A stretch of DNA of 34,781 bases, from IMG/VR virus record IMGVR_UViG_2713896902_000006; one strand, 5' to 3'. A program made the translations under genes and the position numbers. Shown here piece after piece: positions 16,631 through 25,932 of this stretch. The notes beneath the pieces are model-generated. The model saw only the letters and a program-made list of their open reading frames with translations. It had not been told where the DNA came from and did no database searches. Source of the DNA: a virus (taxonomy: Duplodnaviria; Heunggongvirae; Uroviricota; Caudoviricetes). Numbering within the stretch: the stretch's first letter is position 1; each line of letters opens with the position of its first letter.

Positions 16631-18123
16631 TGGCGAGGGGTATCTGGGTTTCACCCGATGAATTTGTTGCTTTTTCTGAGCCTCAGAAATCACTGACCGC
16701 GCAGATTGCCTCCCGCAGCCGCGCGATCGACTTTTACGGACTGGGCATGTATCTGCCCAATCCTGATCCCATTCTCAAGGCTCAGGGACGGGATATCCGT
16801 ATCTACCGCGAACTGCGCACCGACCCGCTGGTTGGGGGCTGTATCCGCAGACGTAAAGCAGCGCTCAAATCACTGGAGCGTGGACTGGAGCGCGGTCACG
16901 CTTCTGCCCGGGTCTTCCGTTTCATCCGCGACATGCTCGACGATCTGGATCTGTCCCGCATCATCGGTGAGATGAGTGATGCCGTGCTCTACGGGTATCA
17001 GCCCTGTGAAATCATGTGGGGCCGTTCGGTCAGGGCGTGGGCAGTGACGGATATTGTCGGCAAACCGCCTGAGTGGTTTCAGTTTGATACGGACAACTGC
17101 CTGCGCTTCCGGGCACGTGATGCGGGTGTGGAGGGTGAGCTGCTGTCACCGTCAAAATTCGTGGTGCCGGCACAGGATGCCTCGTATGACAATCCTTACG
17201 GTTTCCCGGACCTGTCCATGTGCTTCTGGCCGGTCGCCTTCAAGAAAGGCGGGATGAAATTCTGGCTCCGCTTTGCCGAAAAGTTTGGCTCCCCGTGGGT
17301 GATCGGTAAGCACCCGAGGGGTGCAAATGATGCAGAGATTGAAAAACTGCTGGACTCCATGGAGCAGATGGTGGAGGACGCGGTGGCCGCCATCCCCGAT
17401 GACAGCAGCATCGAACTCAAAGCCGCGGATGGTAAGGCGGACAGCAGCGAGGTATTCCGCGAGCTGATCACACTGTCACGCAGTGAGATCTCCATTGCAT
17501 TACTTGGTCAGAATCAGACCACGGAAGCGAACAGTAACAAGGCCTCTGCACAGGCCGGGCTGGAGGTAACGGCTGATATCCGCGATGCGGATGCGGACAT
17601 CATTCAGGCAGCAGTGAATCAGGTTATCAGAACGGTGGTCACCCTGAACTTCGGCGATGTGCCGTGTCCGGTCTGGGCCATGTGGGAACAGGAGACCATT
17701 GATGACACCCGCGCCACCCGCGACGAAAAACTCACCCGCGCGGGACTGCGCCTGACCCCGCAGTACTTCATGCGGGAGTACCAGCTGCAGGAGGGGGATA
17801 TTGACCTCTCTGATGCACCGGTTGCGGACGGGGCAGTGCCTGCGGAATTTGCCGAGGCGATAAGCGCCGATCATGATGCACAACAGCAGCTTGACGACGC
17901 GCTGGACATTCTGATGAACGGAGGTGTGTTAAATAGCACGCTGGAACCCGTCCTGGCACCTCTGTTTAAGCGGGTCGAAAATGGGGTTAACCCGTCTGAG
18001 CTGCTGGGCGAACTGGCGGAGCTCTACCCTCAGATGAACACGGACGATCTGCAGGAACGGTTGGCCCGCATTCTCTTTGTGGCAAATATCTGGGGGCGTC
18101 TGCATGAGCGTGACAACGGCTGA
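16630..18123 (+). CDS. portal protein (Mu gp29-like)
   Basis: 497 aa; TGATG overlap with terminase; canonical position between terminase and head morphogenesis gene. Confidence 0.75.
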   Translation: MARGIWVSPDEFVAFSEPQKSLTAQIASRSRAIDFYGLGMYLPNPDPILKAQGRDIRIYRELRTDPLVGGCIRRRKAALKSLERGLERGHASARVFRFIRDMLDDLDLSRIIGEMSDAVLYGYQPCEIMWGRSVRAWAVTDIVGKPPEWFQFDTDNCLRFRARDAGVEGELLSPSKFVVPAQDASYDNPYGFPDLSMCFWPVAFKKGGMKFWLRFAEKFGSPWVIGKHPRGANDAEIEKLLDSMEQMVEDAVAAIPDDSSIELKAADGKADSSEVFRELITLSRSEISIALLGQNQTTEANSNKASAQAGLEVTADIRDADADIIQAAVNQVIRTVVTLNFGDVPCPVWAMWEQETIDDTRATRDEKLTRAGLRLTPQYFMREYQLQEGDIDLSDAPVADGAVPAEFAEAISADHDAQQQLDDALDILMNGGVLNSTLEPVLAPLFKRVENGVNPSELLGELAELYPQMNTDDLQERLARILFVANIWGRLHERDNG

Positions 18124-18925
18124 ACTGGCGTACTGCATGACGCTTCCCCCGAAGCGGGCAATCAGCTACCTGAAGTCCAAAGGGTATCAGATTACCTGGG
18201 ACTGGGAAGAAATGTGGCAGGAAGCCCATGCCCGCGCCTTTACCGTCGCTAAAGTGACCCGCCTGGATATCCTGGAAGATATTCGTGGGGCACTGCAGCA
18301 GGCTGTCGATGAAGGAAAAACCGATCGCTGGTTCCGACAGGAGCTGGAGCCGGCGCTGAAGCGCAAGGGATGGTGGGGACCGCGTGACACGACTGACCCG
18401 GTAACGGGTGAGCCGGTCACCATTCAGCAGGGCAGTCCGTGGCGGCTCGATACCATCTTTCGCACCAATATGTCCGTACTCTACAGCGCCGGTCGTTGGG
18501 CGGAACAGATGGAAAACGTCGACGACAGGCCGTACTGGATGTATACCGGCATCAACGACAGCCATACCCGCAGGAGCCATCTGGCGCTGCATGGTCTGGT
18601 GCTGCGCTGGGATGACCCGTTCTGGCAGGCATTTTACCCGCCGAAAGGCTGGCGCTGCCGCTGTAGTGTGATTGCCCTGAGTGCGGCGGATGTCCGTGCC
18701 CGTGGCCTGAAGGTTATCAGCTCCGGCTCTGCCATGGGCCAGGAACTGAAACTGGTCTCAGAGAAAACCGGCGAAATGCGGAACGTGGCCACCTTTAATA
18801 CCGGCACCACGAAGGTGACCACCGACGTCGGCTGGTCTTATGCACCGGGGGCAGCATACCGTCCCGACCTGGCCCGCTATCAGGGTACGCTTCAGCCACT
18901 GGCACAACAGGAACTGAGAGGATAA
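18104..18925 (+). CDS. head morphogenesis protein (Mu F / gp30-like)
   Basis: About 273 aa from internal ATG 18104; position after the portal; resemblance to the Mu F family is recalled, not searched. Confidence 0.6.
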   Translation: MSVTTAELAYCMTLPPKRAISYLKSKGYQITWDWEEMWQEAHARAFTVAKVTRLDILEDIRGALQQAVDEGKTDRWFRQELEPALKRKGWWGPRDTTDPVTGEPVTIQQGSPWRLDTIFRTNMSVLYSAGRWAEQMENVDDRPYWMYTGINDSHTRRSHLALHGLVLRWDDPFWQAFYPPKGWRCRCSVIALSAADVRARGLKVISSGSAMGQELKLVSEKTGEMRNVATFNTGTTKVTTDVGWSYAPGAAYRPDLARYQGTLQPLAQQELRG

Positions 18926-18927
18926 CA

Positions 18928-19386
18928 ATGGCTTCCGATAACCTGGTCAGTATCACCATTAACGATAAATCCCTGCGCCGGAGCCTCCGTGCGCTGGATC
19001 TTGCTGCCACAGACCTGGAGCCCGCGATGCGCAAAATCGCCGGAACCCTGCTGGCGGAAACACAGTTTAACTTTCTTGATGAGGGGCGTCCGGGGTGGAT
19101 CCCCTCGCTGGCAGCGGAAGAACGTGACGGGCAGACACTGCAGGATACCGGGCGTCTGATGGGGTCAGTATCAACCGACCATGACGACCGGCAGGCTGTT
19201 GTGGGGACCAACGTTGTTTACGGTGCCATTCACCAGTTCGGGGGTAAAACGGGGCGTAATGAGTCTGTTGAACTTCCGGCCCGCCCGTTCCTGCCGGTGA
19301 CGGGGGATGGAGAACTACAGCCTGAAGTGGTAATCCCCATCCTCGATACCATTGTCCGCCATCTTGAATCAGCGGCCCGTCGCTGA
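18928..19386 (+). CDS. virion morphogenesis protein (Mu G-like)
   Basis: 152 aa, position after the F-like gene as in Mu; typical size. Confidence 0.55.
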   Translation: MASDNLVSITINDKSLRRSLRALDLAATDLEPAMRKIAGTLLAETQFNFLDEGRPGWIPSLAAEERDGQTLQDTGRLMGSVSTDHDDRQAVVGTNVVYGAIHQFGGKTGRNESVELPARPFLPVTGDGELQPEVVIPILDTIVRHLESAARR

Positions 19387-19432
19387 GTTTTCTCTCTTCA
19401 GGCGGGTGATTTATCATTGCCAGCGAATGAGG

Positions 19433-19474
19433 GGCTGTATTACCTTTATAAAGGCTTTACAGCCTCTGTTTTAT
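19433..19474 (+). terminator. near-palindromic 32-bp element (GGCTGT-ATTA-CCTTTATAAAGG-CTTT-ACAGCC) followed by T-rich tract; terminator and/or activator-binding site in the G-I intergenic region
   Basis: Read directly; central perfect 12-bp palindrome CCTTTATAAAGG at 19443..19454; outer arms GGCTGT/ACAGCC; then TCTGTTTTAT. Confidence 0.35.
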
Positions 19475-19600
19475 AACCGCCTCCGGTTCACCGCATTGCT
19501 TTCCCTGTCCTTCTCCCCTGATGTTTTCTAAAGCAGATTAAAATCGCCGGGCCTGCATTTCTCACAAACTGTCTCCGACAACATAACGCGGGACAGCAAA

Positions 19601-20716
19601 ATGTCAGCCATTCACATTTTTAAAGCCGGTACTCATACCGATATGCACGGCAAAAAACTGCCGTTCACGCCAGACGATCTTGCCGCCTGCGTGAAAGCCT
19701 ATGACCCGTCCGTCCATGAAGCACCACTCGTGATTGGTCATCCCAGAACGGAAGACCCGGCGTGGGGCTGGGTGAAAGCCCTGTCGCTCAGCGGCGTCGA
19801 TCTGATGGCAGAGCCTGCCCAGCTGGACCCGCAGTTTGCTGAGATGGTCACCGACGGACGATTCAAAAAAGTGTCCGCCTCTTTCTACCTCCCGGATTCA
19901 CCGTCCAATCCGAAGCCCGGCGTGCTCTACCTTCGCCATGTGGGCTTTCTCGGGGCACAGCCACCTTCCGTCAAAGGGCTGAAACAGGTGTCCTTCAGTG
20001 AGCAGGAAGAAGGTGTGGTGGAGTTCGCCGACTGGCAGGCCATCACGAATGCCTCCCTGTGGGGAAAGCTGCGCGATTTTCTGATCGCCCGCTTCAGTCT
20101 GGACGAGGCAGAAAAAGTCCTGCCGGAATGGCAGCTCAACAGTCTGCGCGAAGAGGCGTACCGCGACACACTGTCGCAGGATGCAGCAGGTGCACAATTC
20201 AGTGAGACAGGCCCGGGGCCGTCTTCCGCAAGTAACGAGGAATCATCGATGACAAAAGAAGAGATTGAAGCCCTTCAGGAGGAGAACCGCCGCCTGAAGC
20301 AGCAGGCTGCTGATCGCGATGCGCGTGATGCACAGGTCAGACAGGAGCAACTGCATAAGGACAATGTGGCCTTTGCAGAAAAACTGGTCGCAGAGGGGCG
20401 TCTGGCTCCCCGCGCCTCCTCCGTGGTGGTTGCCCTGCTGGATGCCGTCGCCGGTGGCGACAAGCCGGTGGAGTTTGCTGAGGGGGAAAGCCGCACACCG
20501 CTGGCCACCGCCTTCCGTTCATTGCTCTCCGACGGGGAGCCGGTGATGAACTTCGCCGAACAGGCCACAAAGGATCGTGTCGGCGACGCGGTGAAGGTGG
20601 ATGTGGCGGAGTTTGCGGAAGCCGATCCTGAGCGTCTGGCCCTGCATCAGAAAGCAGTGGCCCTGTCCAAAAAAGAAGGCATCAGCTATGAGGCTGCTGT
20701 CGCACGCTGCCTGTAA
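19601..20716 (+). CDS. head maturation protease/scaffold (Mu I-like)
   Basis: 371 aa; position before the major capsid gene; C-terminal coiled-coil (EEIEALQEENRRLKQQAADRDARD). Confidence 0.65.
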   Translation: MSAIHIFKAGTHTDMHGKKLPFTPDDLAACVKAYDPSVHEAPLVIGHPRTEDPAWGWVKALSLSGVDLMAEPAQLDPQFAEMVTDGRFKKVSASFYLPDSPSNPKPGVLYLRHVGFLGAQPPSVKGLKQVSFSEQEEGVVEFADWQAITNASLWGKLRDFLIARFSLDEAEKVLPEWQLNSLREEAYRDTLSQDAAGAQFSETGPGPSSASNEESSMTKEEIEALQEENRRLKQQAADRDARDAQVRQEQLHKDNVAFAEKLVAEGRLAPRASSVVVALLDAVAGGDKPVEFAEGESRTPLATAFRSLLSDGEPVMNFAEQATKDRVGDAVKVDVAEFAEADPERLALHQKAVALSKKEGISYEAAVARCL

Positions 20717-20730
20717 TTTAAGGAGAGAGC

Positions 20731-21684
20731 ATGTCTGATTACTTAAAAGGTAAACGTGTCGTTGATCCGGTACTGACCAGTATCGCCCGAGGCTATAAAA
20801 ATGCCGCATTCATTGGCGAACGTATTTTCCCCGTCGTGCTGACGGACAAGGAAGGCGTGCGTGTGCCGACCTTCGGGAAAACCGCCTTTGTGGAATATGA
20901 CACCGAGCGTGCCGTCGGGGCGGACAGCAATGTTCTGGTCCGTGAGAAAACCGGCACGCTTGATCTGGTGCTGGGTGAGCACGATCTGGCTGCGCCAGTG
21001 GACTATCGCGAACAGGCGGAGTCCATGTTTAACGAGGAGAGCAAGGCCATCCGTCGCGCCACGAATGGCGTGAATCTGCGCCGTGAACTTATCGCCGCCC
21101 GTCTGGCTCAGGATGAAAAGGTCTACCGTACCGGGCACGTTAAAAAACTGACAGCCGGCGACCGCTGGGCCGGTGGTAAGGGGGATCCCATCGGGGTAAT
21201 TGAAGCCGGTATGGAAGCGGTCCGTACGGCCACGGGGCTGCGTCCTAACCTGATGACCATGGGGGCCGGCGTGATGGCGCTGCTGAAGTTCCACCCGGCA
21301 ATTCAGGCAGCCATCGGAGCCAACGAACGCAAGCGCATCACCACGGAGATCCTGCAGGACCTCTTTCAGATCGAAGAGATCGTCATCGGTGCTCCTGTCT
21401 CCCTGCCGTCCATGAAAGCGGCAATGGATAAGGACAGCGTGCCGACGGATATCTGGGGAGACAATCTGATGCTGCACTACGTCGGCAAGCCGCAGCCGGG
21501 GGCGGACAGCGCGGACGAGAACGAGCCGTCCTTCGGCTACACCCTGCGCCGTAAGGGGATGCCTGTTGCCGACAAGTACGACGGAGCCGGCGGCAAGGTG
21601 AAGTACTGCCGTTATACCGATATCTACAAAGTCGCCGTGGTTGGTGGCGATGCCGGGTATCTCATTACCGGTATCAGTAAATAA
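20731..21684 (+). CDS. major capsid protein (Mu T-like)
   Basis: 317 aa; AAGGAGAG RBS; position after protease/scaffold. Confidence 0.7.
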   Translation: MSDYLKGKRVVDPVLTSIARGYKNAAFIGERIFPVVLTDKEGVRVPTFGKTAFVEYDTERAVGADSNVLVREKTGTLDLVLGEHDLAAPVDYREQAESMFNEESKAIRRATNGVNLRRELIAARLAQDEKVYRTGHVKKLTAGDRWAGGKGDPIGVIEAGMEAVRTATGLRPNLMTMGAGVMALLKFHPAIQAAIGANERKRITTEILQDLFQIEEIVIGAPVSLPSMKAAMDKDSVPTDIWGDNLMLHYVGKPQPGADSADENEPSFGYTLRRKGMPVADKYDGAGGKVKYCRYTDIYKVAVVGGDAGYLITGISK

Positions 21685-21693
21685 GGAGGCGTT

Positions 21694-22032
21694 ATGGGAA
21701 CCACTCAGCAGGTCATTCTGATCACAACCGTAACGGCAGGGGCCGCACTGGCACAGCAGCGTTTTGTCGGGGCAGATAATACCCCCTGTAAAGCCGGTGC
21801 CGCAGCGCTCGGGGTTGCCGAAGTGGATGCTGTTACCGGCGACAGCACGCCGGTGAGCGTTCTGGGCATTATTGCTGTCGAGGCCGGGGCCGCTGTCAGC
21901 CGTGGTGTGGCTGTTCAGTCAGATGCTCAGGCCAGAGCCGTGCCGCAGTCCGGCGACGGTAAATCCTGTGGTATTGCACTTGATGAAGCCGGGGGTGAAG
22001 GCGACGTCATTCGTATCCTGCGCGGGATGTGA
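21694..22032 (+). CDS. small Ala/Gly/Val-rich head protein (DUF2190-like, possible decoration protein)
   Basis: 112 aa; strong AAGGAGG RBS; composition typical of small capsid-associated proteins that follow major capsid genes. Confidence 0.45.
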   Translation: MGTTQQVILITTVTAGAALAQQRFVGADNTPCKAGAAALGVAEVDAVTGDSTPVSVLGIIAVEAGAAVSRGVAVQSDAQARAVPQSGDGKSCGIALDEAGGEGDVIRILRGM

Positions 22033-22033
22033 C

Positions 22034-22480
22034 ATGTACTGCACCCTGGAGGATTTGCTTGCGCAGATGCCGGAACGAACGCTGATCGAGCTCACCAGTG
22101 AAGAGATGGACTTCGACTCGCCTGCAACAGTGAATACCCGTGTGGTGGACAGCTGTATCCGCTATGCCGACGAGCTGATTGATGCCCATCTGCGCGGACG
22201 CTATATCCTGCCACTGGCAGAGATACCGACTGTTCTGCGGGACATTGCCATCACGCTGGTCCGTTACCGGCTCTACGCCCGCCGCCCGGAAGGTGACCTC
22301 CAGGATACGGTGAAGGATGACCACAAAGAAGCGCTGCGGCAACTCAGGGAGTTACGTGATAACAGGCTCACGCTGGGGCTGCCGTCCACTCAGAAAGATG
22401 TGCCTGAGCCTGGCGAGTTTCGTGTACGCAGCCGCCCGGCCACTTTCGGCGGTCGTGACGGTTTACTGGAGAAATACTGA
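22034..22480 (+). CDS. head-tail connector-region protein (Mu gp36-like)
   Basis: 148 aa from ATG 22034 just after the upstream stop; positional assignment. Confidence 0.45.
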   Translation: MYCTLEDLLAQMPERTLIELTSEEMDFDSPATVNTRVVDSCIRYADELIDAHLRGRYILPLAEIPTVLRDIAITLVRYRLYARRPEGDLQDTVKDDHKEALRQLRELRDNRLTLGLPSTQKDVPEPGEFRVRSRPATFGGRDGLLEKY

Positions 22481-22944
22481 TGAACGTTCTGCCCGTCCTT
22501 GATGCGGTACTGGCCCGGTTACGCGAGAAGCTGCCGCAACTGCAGGTGGAGTACTTCCCGGAGAAACCGGCTGAATATCGCCTGAACCATCCGGTTGGCG
22601 CGTTGCTGCTGAGCTATGCCGGTTCGCGCTTTGACAGGCCGGATGATACCGGGGCGGTGATCCAGTCTCAGACTATCCAGCTCTGCGTCACGGTGGTCTT
22701 CCGCCAGCTCAACGGTAAAAAAGGGGCGATTAATGTCCTGGATGCTGTCCGCCGCATTCTCGGCGGCCACGCCCCGCCCGGCTGCCGCCGCCGTATCTGG
22801 CTGACCCGCGAGGTGTTTATCGGTGAAGTCAGGGGGCTGTGGCAATACGCCCTCGACTTCGCGACTGAAAGCGTCTTTATCGAAGACAGCGATTTACCGT
22901 CCGGCCCGCTGTTAACCGAAGTGAACTATGAGGAAAGCGAGTGA
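22480..22944 (+). CDS. Mu gp37-like protein (head-tail joining region)
   Basis: 154 aa; start overlaps upstream stop; positional assignment. Confidence 0.45.
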   Translation: MNVLPVLDAVLARLREKLPQLQVEYFPEKPAEYRLNHPVGALLLSYAGSRFDRPDDTGAVIQSQTIQLCVTVVFRQLNGKKGAINVLDAVRRILGGHAPPGCRRRIWLTREVFIGEVRGLWQYALDFATESVFIEDSDLPSGPLLTEVNYEESE

Positions 22945-23195
22945 TGAAAGAATACCGCTATTCCGGCCCGGCCAGCGGCGTCACGCTGTCGGACGGAACC
23001 GAAATCCTGCTCTGGCCGGGGAAGACGGTTTCCCTGCCGGAGGAGCATGACTACGTGAAGGTACTGGTGGCGCTGAAGCATCTGACGCCGGTATCTGAAG
23101 AGACTAAACCCGCCGTCACACCGGCTGTGCAGTCACCAAAGCGCAGAAGCAGCAGTGACAGCGAAGTGAAAACGGAGGACTCCCATGGCAGCTAA
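22941..23195 (+). CDS. hypothetical small protein preceding the tail sheath
   Basis: 84 aa; TGATG overlap upstream; overlaps the sheath start. Confidence 0.45.
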   Translation: MMKEYRYSGPASGVTLSDGTEILLWPGKTVSLPEEHDYVKVLVALKHLTPVSEETKPAVTPAVQSPKRRSSSDSEVKTEDSHGS

Positions 23196-24612
23196 CTATC
23201 TGCATGGCGTCGAAACCATTGAGGTGGAAAACGGAGCCCGCCCGGTTAAAACGGTGAAATCTGCCGTTATTGGCCTGATTGGTACCGCCCCGATGGGGGA
23301 TGTCAATACGCTGGTACAGTGCCTGTCTGAGAAAGACGCTGCGGCATTTGGCAGCCAGTTCACCGGCTTTACCATTCCGCAGGCGCTGGATGCGATTTAT
23401 GACCATGGTGCAGGCACCGTTCTGGTCATTAACGTACTCGATCCGTCTGTGCATAAAACCGCTGTGGTCAGTGAGAATGTGTCGTTCGACAAGGCGACAG
23501 GCAGAGCCCGGCTGGCTAATCCGGTGGTCGCGCAGCTGGTACTGAAACCGGACAGCGACGGTCAGCCTTATGTTGAAGGTCAGGACTACTCGCTTGATGC
23601 ACAGACCGGGGTGATTACTAACCTGGGTAAAAGCATTGCTGCAGATGCAACGGTGAAGGCCAGCTATAACTATGCTGATCCGACCAAAGTCACCCCGGCT
23701 GATATCATCGGTACCGTTAACGCTGCAGGCAACCGTACCGGCATGAAGCTGCTTAACGACAGTTTTAACCTGTTTGGCTACTTCGCCAAAATCCTGATTG
23801 CTCCGGTATTCTGCACCCAGAACAGCGTCTCGGTTGAGCTTATCGCCATGGCTGAGAAACTGGGAGCAGTAACCTATATTGATGCGCCGGTTGGTACCAC
23901 TTTTGCGCAGGCTCTGGCGGGACGTGGCCCGGAAGGCAGCATTAACTTTAATACCAGCTCTGACCGTGTCCGCCTGTGCTACCCGCATGTGAAGGTATAT
24001 GACCCGGTGACGAACACGGAACGTCTGGAGCCACTGAGCCAGCGTGCGGCGGGCCTGCGTGCCAAAGTCGACCTGGACAAAGGGTACTGGTGGTCATCCT
24101 CCAATCAGGAAATTCTGGGGATCACCGGCGTGGAGCGCCAGCTGTCGGCAATGATTGACGATCCGCAGAGCGAGGTGAACCTGCTTAACGAACAGGGGAT
24201 CACCACGGTATTCAGCAGTTACGGCAGCGGCCTTCGTCTGTGGGGTAACCGGACGGCAGCATGGCCAACGGTCACCCATATGCGTAACTTTGAGAACGTT
24301 CGCCGCACCGGTGATGTGATCAATGAGTCCATTCGTTACTTCAGCCAGCAGTACATCGACATGCCGATTACTCAGGCGCTGATTGATGCACTGACGGAGT
24401 CGGTCAACGCCTACGGTCGCAAAATGACTGGTGATGGCGCGGTACTGGGCTTCCGTTGCTGGTTTGATCCGGCCCGCAATCCGGAAACGGAGCTGGCCGC
24501 CGGGCACCTGTTGCTGAGCTACAAATATACGCCACCACCGCCGCTGGAGCGACTGACGTTTGAGACTGAGATCACCTCGGAATACCTGTTAACCCTGAAA
24601 GGGGGCAACTGA
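23185..24612 (+). CDS. tail sheath protein
   Basis: 475 aa; GGAGG RBS; followed immediately by the tube gene; N-terminus resembles Mu L / P2 FI-type sheaths. Confidence 0.8.
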   Translation: MAANYLHGVETIEVENGARPVKTVKSAVIGLIGTAPMGDVNTLVQCLSEKDAAAFGSQFTGFTIPQALDAIYDHGAGTVLVINVLDPSVHKTAVVSENVSFDKATGRARLANPVVAQLVLKPDSDGQPYVEGQDYSLDAQTGVITNLGKSIAADATVKASYNYADPTKVTPADIIGTVNAAGNRTGMKLLNDSFNLFGYFAKILIAPVFCTQNSVSVELIAMAEKLGAVTYIDAPVGTTFAQALAGRGPEGSINFNTSSDRVRLCYPHVKVYDPVTNTERLEPLSQRAAGLRAKVDLDKGYWWSSSNQEILGITGVERQLSAMIDDPQSEVNLLNEQGITTVFSSYGSGLRLWGNRTAAWPTVTHMRNFENVRRTGDVINESIRYFSQQYIDMPITQALIDALTESVNAYGRKMTGDGAVLGFRCWFDPARNPETELAAGHLLLSYKYTPPPPLERLTFETEITSEYLLTLKGGN

Positions 24613-25133
24613 TGTCAAAGATTGAGATAAACCGAATCACGAATGCCAACATCTATCTGGATGGTACTAACCTGCTGGGACGGGCTGAGGAAGTTAAACT
24701 CCCCGATGTCTCCATGATTATGCAGGAGCACAAGGCACTGGGGATGGTGGGTAAGGTGGAACTCCCGGCTGGTTTTGACAAACTGGAAGGCGAAATCAAA
24801 TGGAACAGCTTTTACCGCGATGCGATGCTGTCTGCCGCGAACCCGTACAAGTCGCTGGCGCTGCAGTGTCGCTCCAGCGTCCAGCGCTACAGCTCGCAGG
24901 GGCTGATCGACGAAATCCCGCTGGTCACCTTCCTGACAATTATGTTCAAGAAGAACCCGCTGGGGACGTTTAAACAGCACGAGAACGCCGAGTTCTCCAG
25001 TAGCTTCACCTGCACGTATATCAGACAGGTACTGGATGGTGAAGAGTTGCTGCAACTGGACTATCTGGCCAACATCTTCCGCGTCGGTGGCGTTGATCAA
25101 CTGACTGACTATCGGATCAATATCGGGGGCTGA
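24612..25133 (+). CDS. tail tube protein
   Basis: 173 aa directly after the sheath with a TGATG overlap; typical size. Confidence 0.75.
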   Translation: MSKIEINRITNANIYLDGTNLLGRAEEVKLPDVSMIMQEHKALGMVGKVELPAGFDKLEGEIKWNSFYRDAMLSAANPYKSLALQCRSSVQRYSSQGLIDEIPLVTFLTIMFKKNPLGTFKQHENAEFSSSFTCTYIRQVLDGEELLQLDYLANIFRVGGVDQLTDYRINIGG

Positions 25134-25135
25134 CG

Positions 25136-25417
25136 GTGAGTGTTGAACTGACTGACAAAGGAGGGCGATGTGCGTCACTGGGCATGTCAAATGGTACGTG
25201 GTTTACCCTCCTTGATATTCCGGGGGTGGAGACCCTCTTTAATACCCGTAAAACCAATGACCCGATTGACTGCACACGTTCAAAGGCCCGCAAACTGGCC
25301 GATTTGATTGAAGCATGGGAGCCGCCCGACCACTGGTTCTCCGGCACCGGCAAATCTGAGGGAAAGGCGCTTCTCATCGCTTTCCTGCGTAACTGCAAGG
25401 GTTTTCGCACTTGCTGA
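25136..25417 (+). CDS. questionable small ORF (GTG start) between tube and chaperone genes
   Basis: 93-aa ORF with no convincing RBS; terminator-like hairpin just downstream; could be non-coding spacer. Confidence 0.2.
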   Translation: MSVELTDKGGRCASLGMSNGTWFTLLDIPGVETLFNTRKTNDPIDCTRSKARKLADLIEAWEPPDHWFSGTGKSEGKALLIAFLRNCKGFRTC

Positions 25418-25423
25418 CATCAC

Positions 25424-25450
25424 AGGGGCTCCGGCCCCTTCTTCTTAATC
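25424..25450 (+). terminator. rho-independent terminator-like hairpin (AGGGGC-tccg-GCCCCT) followed by T-rich tract
   Basis: 6-bp GC-rich stem with tetraloop at 25424..25439, then TCTTCTTAATC; sits between the tube and chaperone genes. Confidence 0.4.
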
Positions 25451-25514
25451 CCCTTTAATATCCGTCACGTCCACCGCCAGACATACTGCTCTGAATTTAC
25501 AAAGGAGTATGATC

Positions 25515-25850
25515 ATGTCACAGACCCAGTCCGATACTTTTACGCTGTCTTATCCTTTCACCACTGCTGCAGGTACCAGAATTGAACAGATTGAACTGAA
25601 ACGCCTGACAGTAAAAGACCTGAAGCAGGTGCGCAAAATCAACAAAGACCCGGCAGACTGGGACGAACCACTGATTGCCCGTAGCACCGGTATCCTCCCG
25701 GAAGACCTCGATAACATGGATCTTGCCGACTATATGGAGCTGCAGAAACGATTTCAGAAAATCACTGGGCTGGGCAAGAGCGACAAAAACACTGATGCAG
25801 GCGCAGGGCCTGCTGGCGAGATGGTTCAGGTTTCAACCGGGGGAGATTGA
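25515..25850 (+). CDS. tail assembly chaperone (P2 E-like)
   Basis: About 111 aa from ATG 25515 (AGGAG RBS, 7-nt spacing); immediately upstream of the tape measure gene; overlapping alternative-frame ORF suggests a frameshift product. Confidence 0.6.
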   Translation: MSQTQSDTFTLSYPFTTAAGTRIEQIELKRLTVKDLKQVRKINKDPADWDEPLIARSTGILPEDLDNMDLADYMELQKRFQKITGLGKSDKNTDAGAGPAGEMVQVSTGGD

Positions 25851-25932
25851 TGCCCTCGATACTGACGATCTGGAGATGTGGCTGGAGCAGGCTGAAGAGC
25901 AAATCAAAAGCGAGTTCGGCGACAATCAGTAA
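25675..25932 (+). other. alternative-frame ORF overlapping the chaperone 3' end; candidate programmed-frameshift extension (E+E'-like)
   Basis: ORF in the +1 frame relative to the chaperone, extending 82 nt past its stop; G-run GGGGG at 25839..25843 where both frames read Gly codons. Confidence 0.4.

Noticed and set aside
17987-18592. 201-aa minus-strand ORF
   Set aside because: Antisense across the portal / F-like junction; no supporting signals.
19387-19600. Possible small anti-CRISPR-like ORF in the G-I gap
   Set aside because: The only ATG-initiated frame is 37 codons, has no RBS, and overlaps the palindromic element; more likely regulatory DNA.
20743-21477. 244-aa minus-strand ORF
   Set aside because: Antisense within the major capsid gene, which has a strong RBS and operon context.
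23116-23988. 290-aa minus-strand ORF
   Set aside because: Antisense within the tail sheath gene; shadow ORF.
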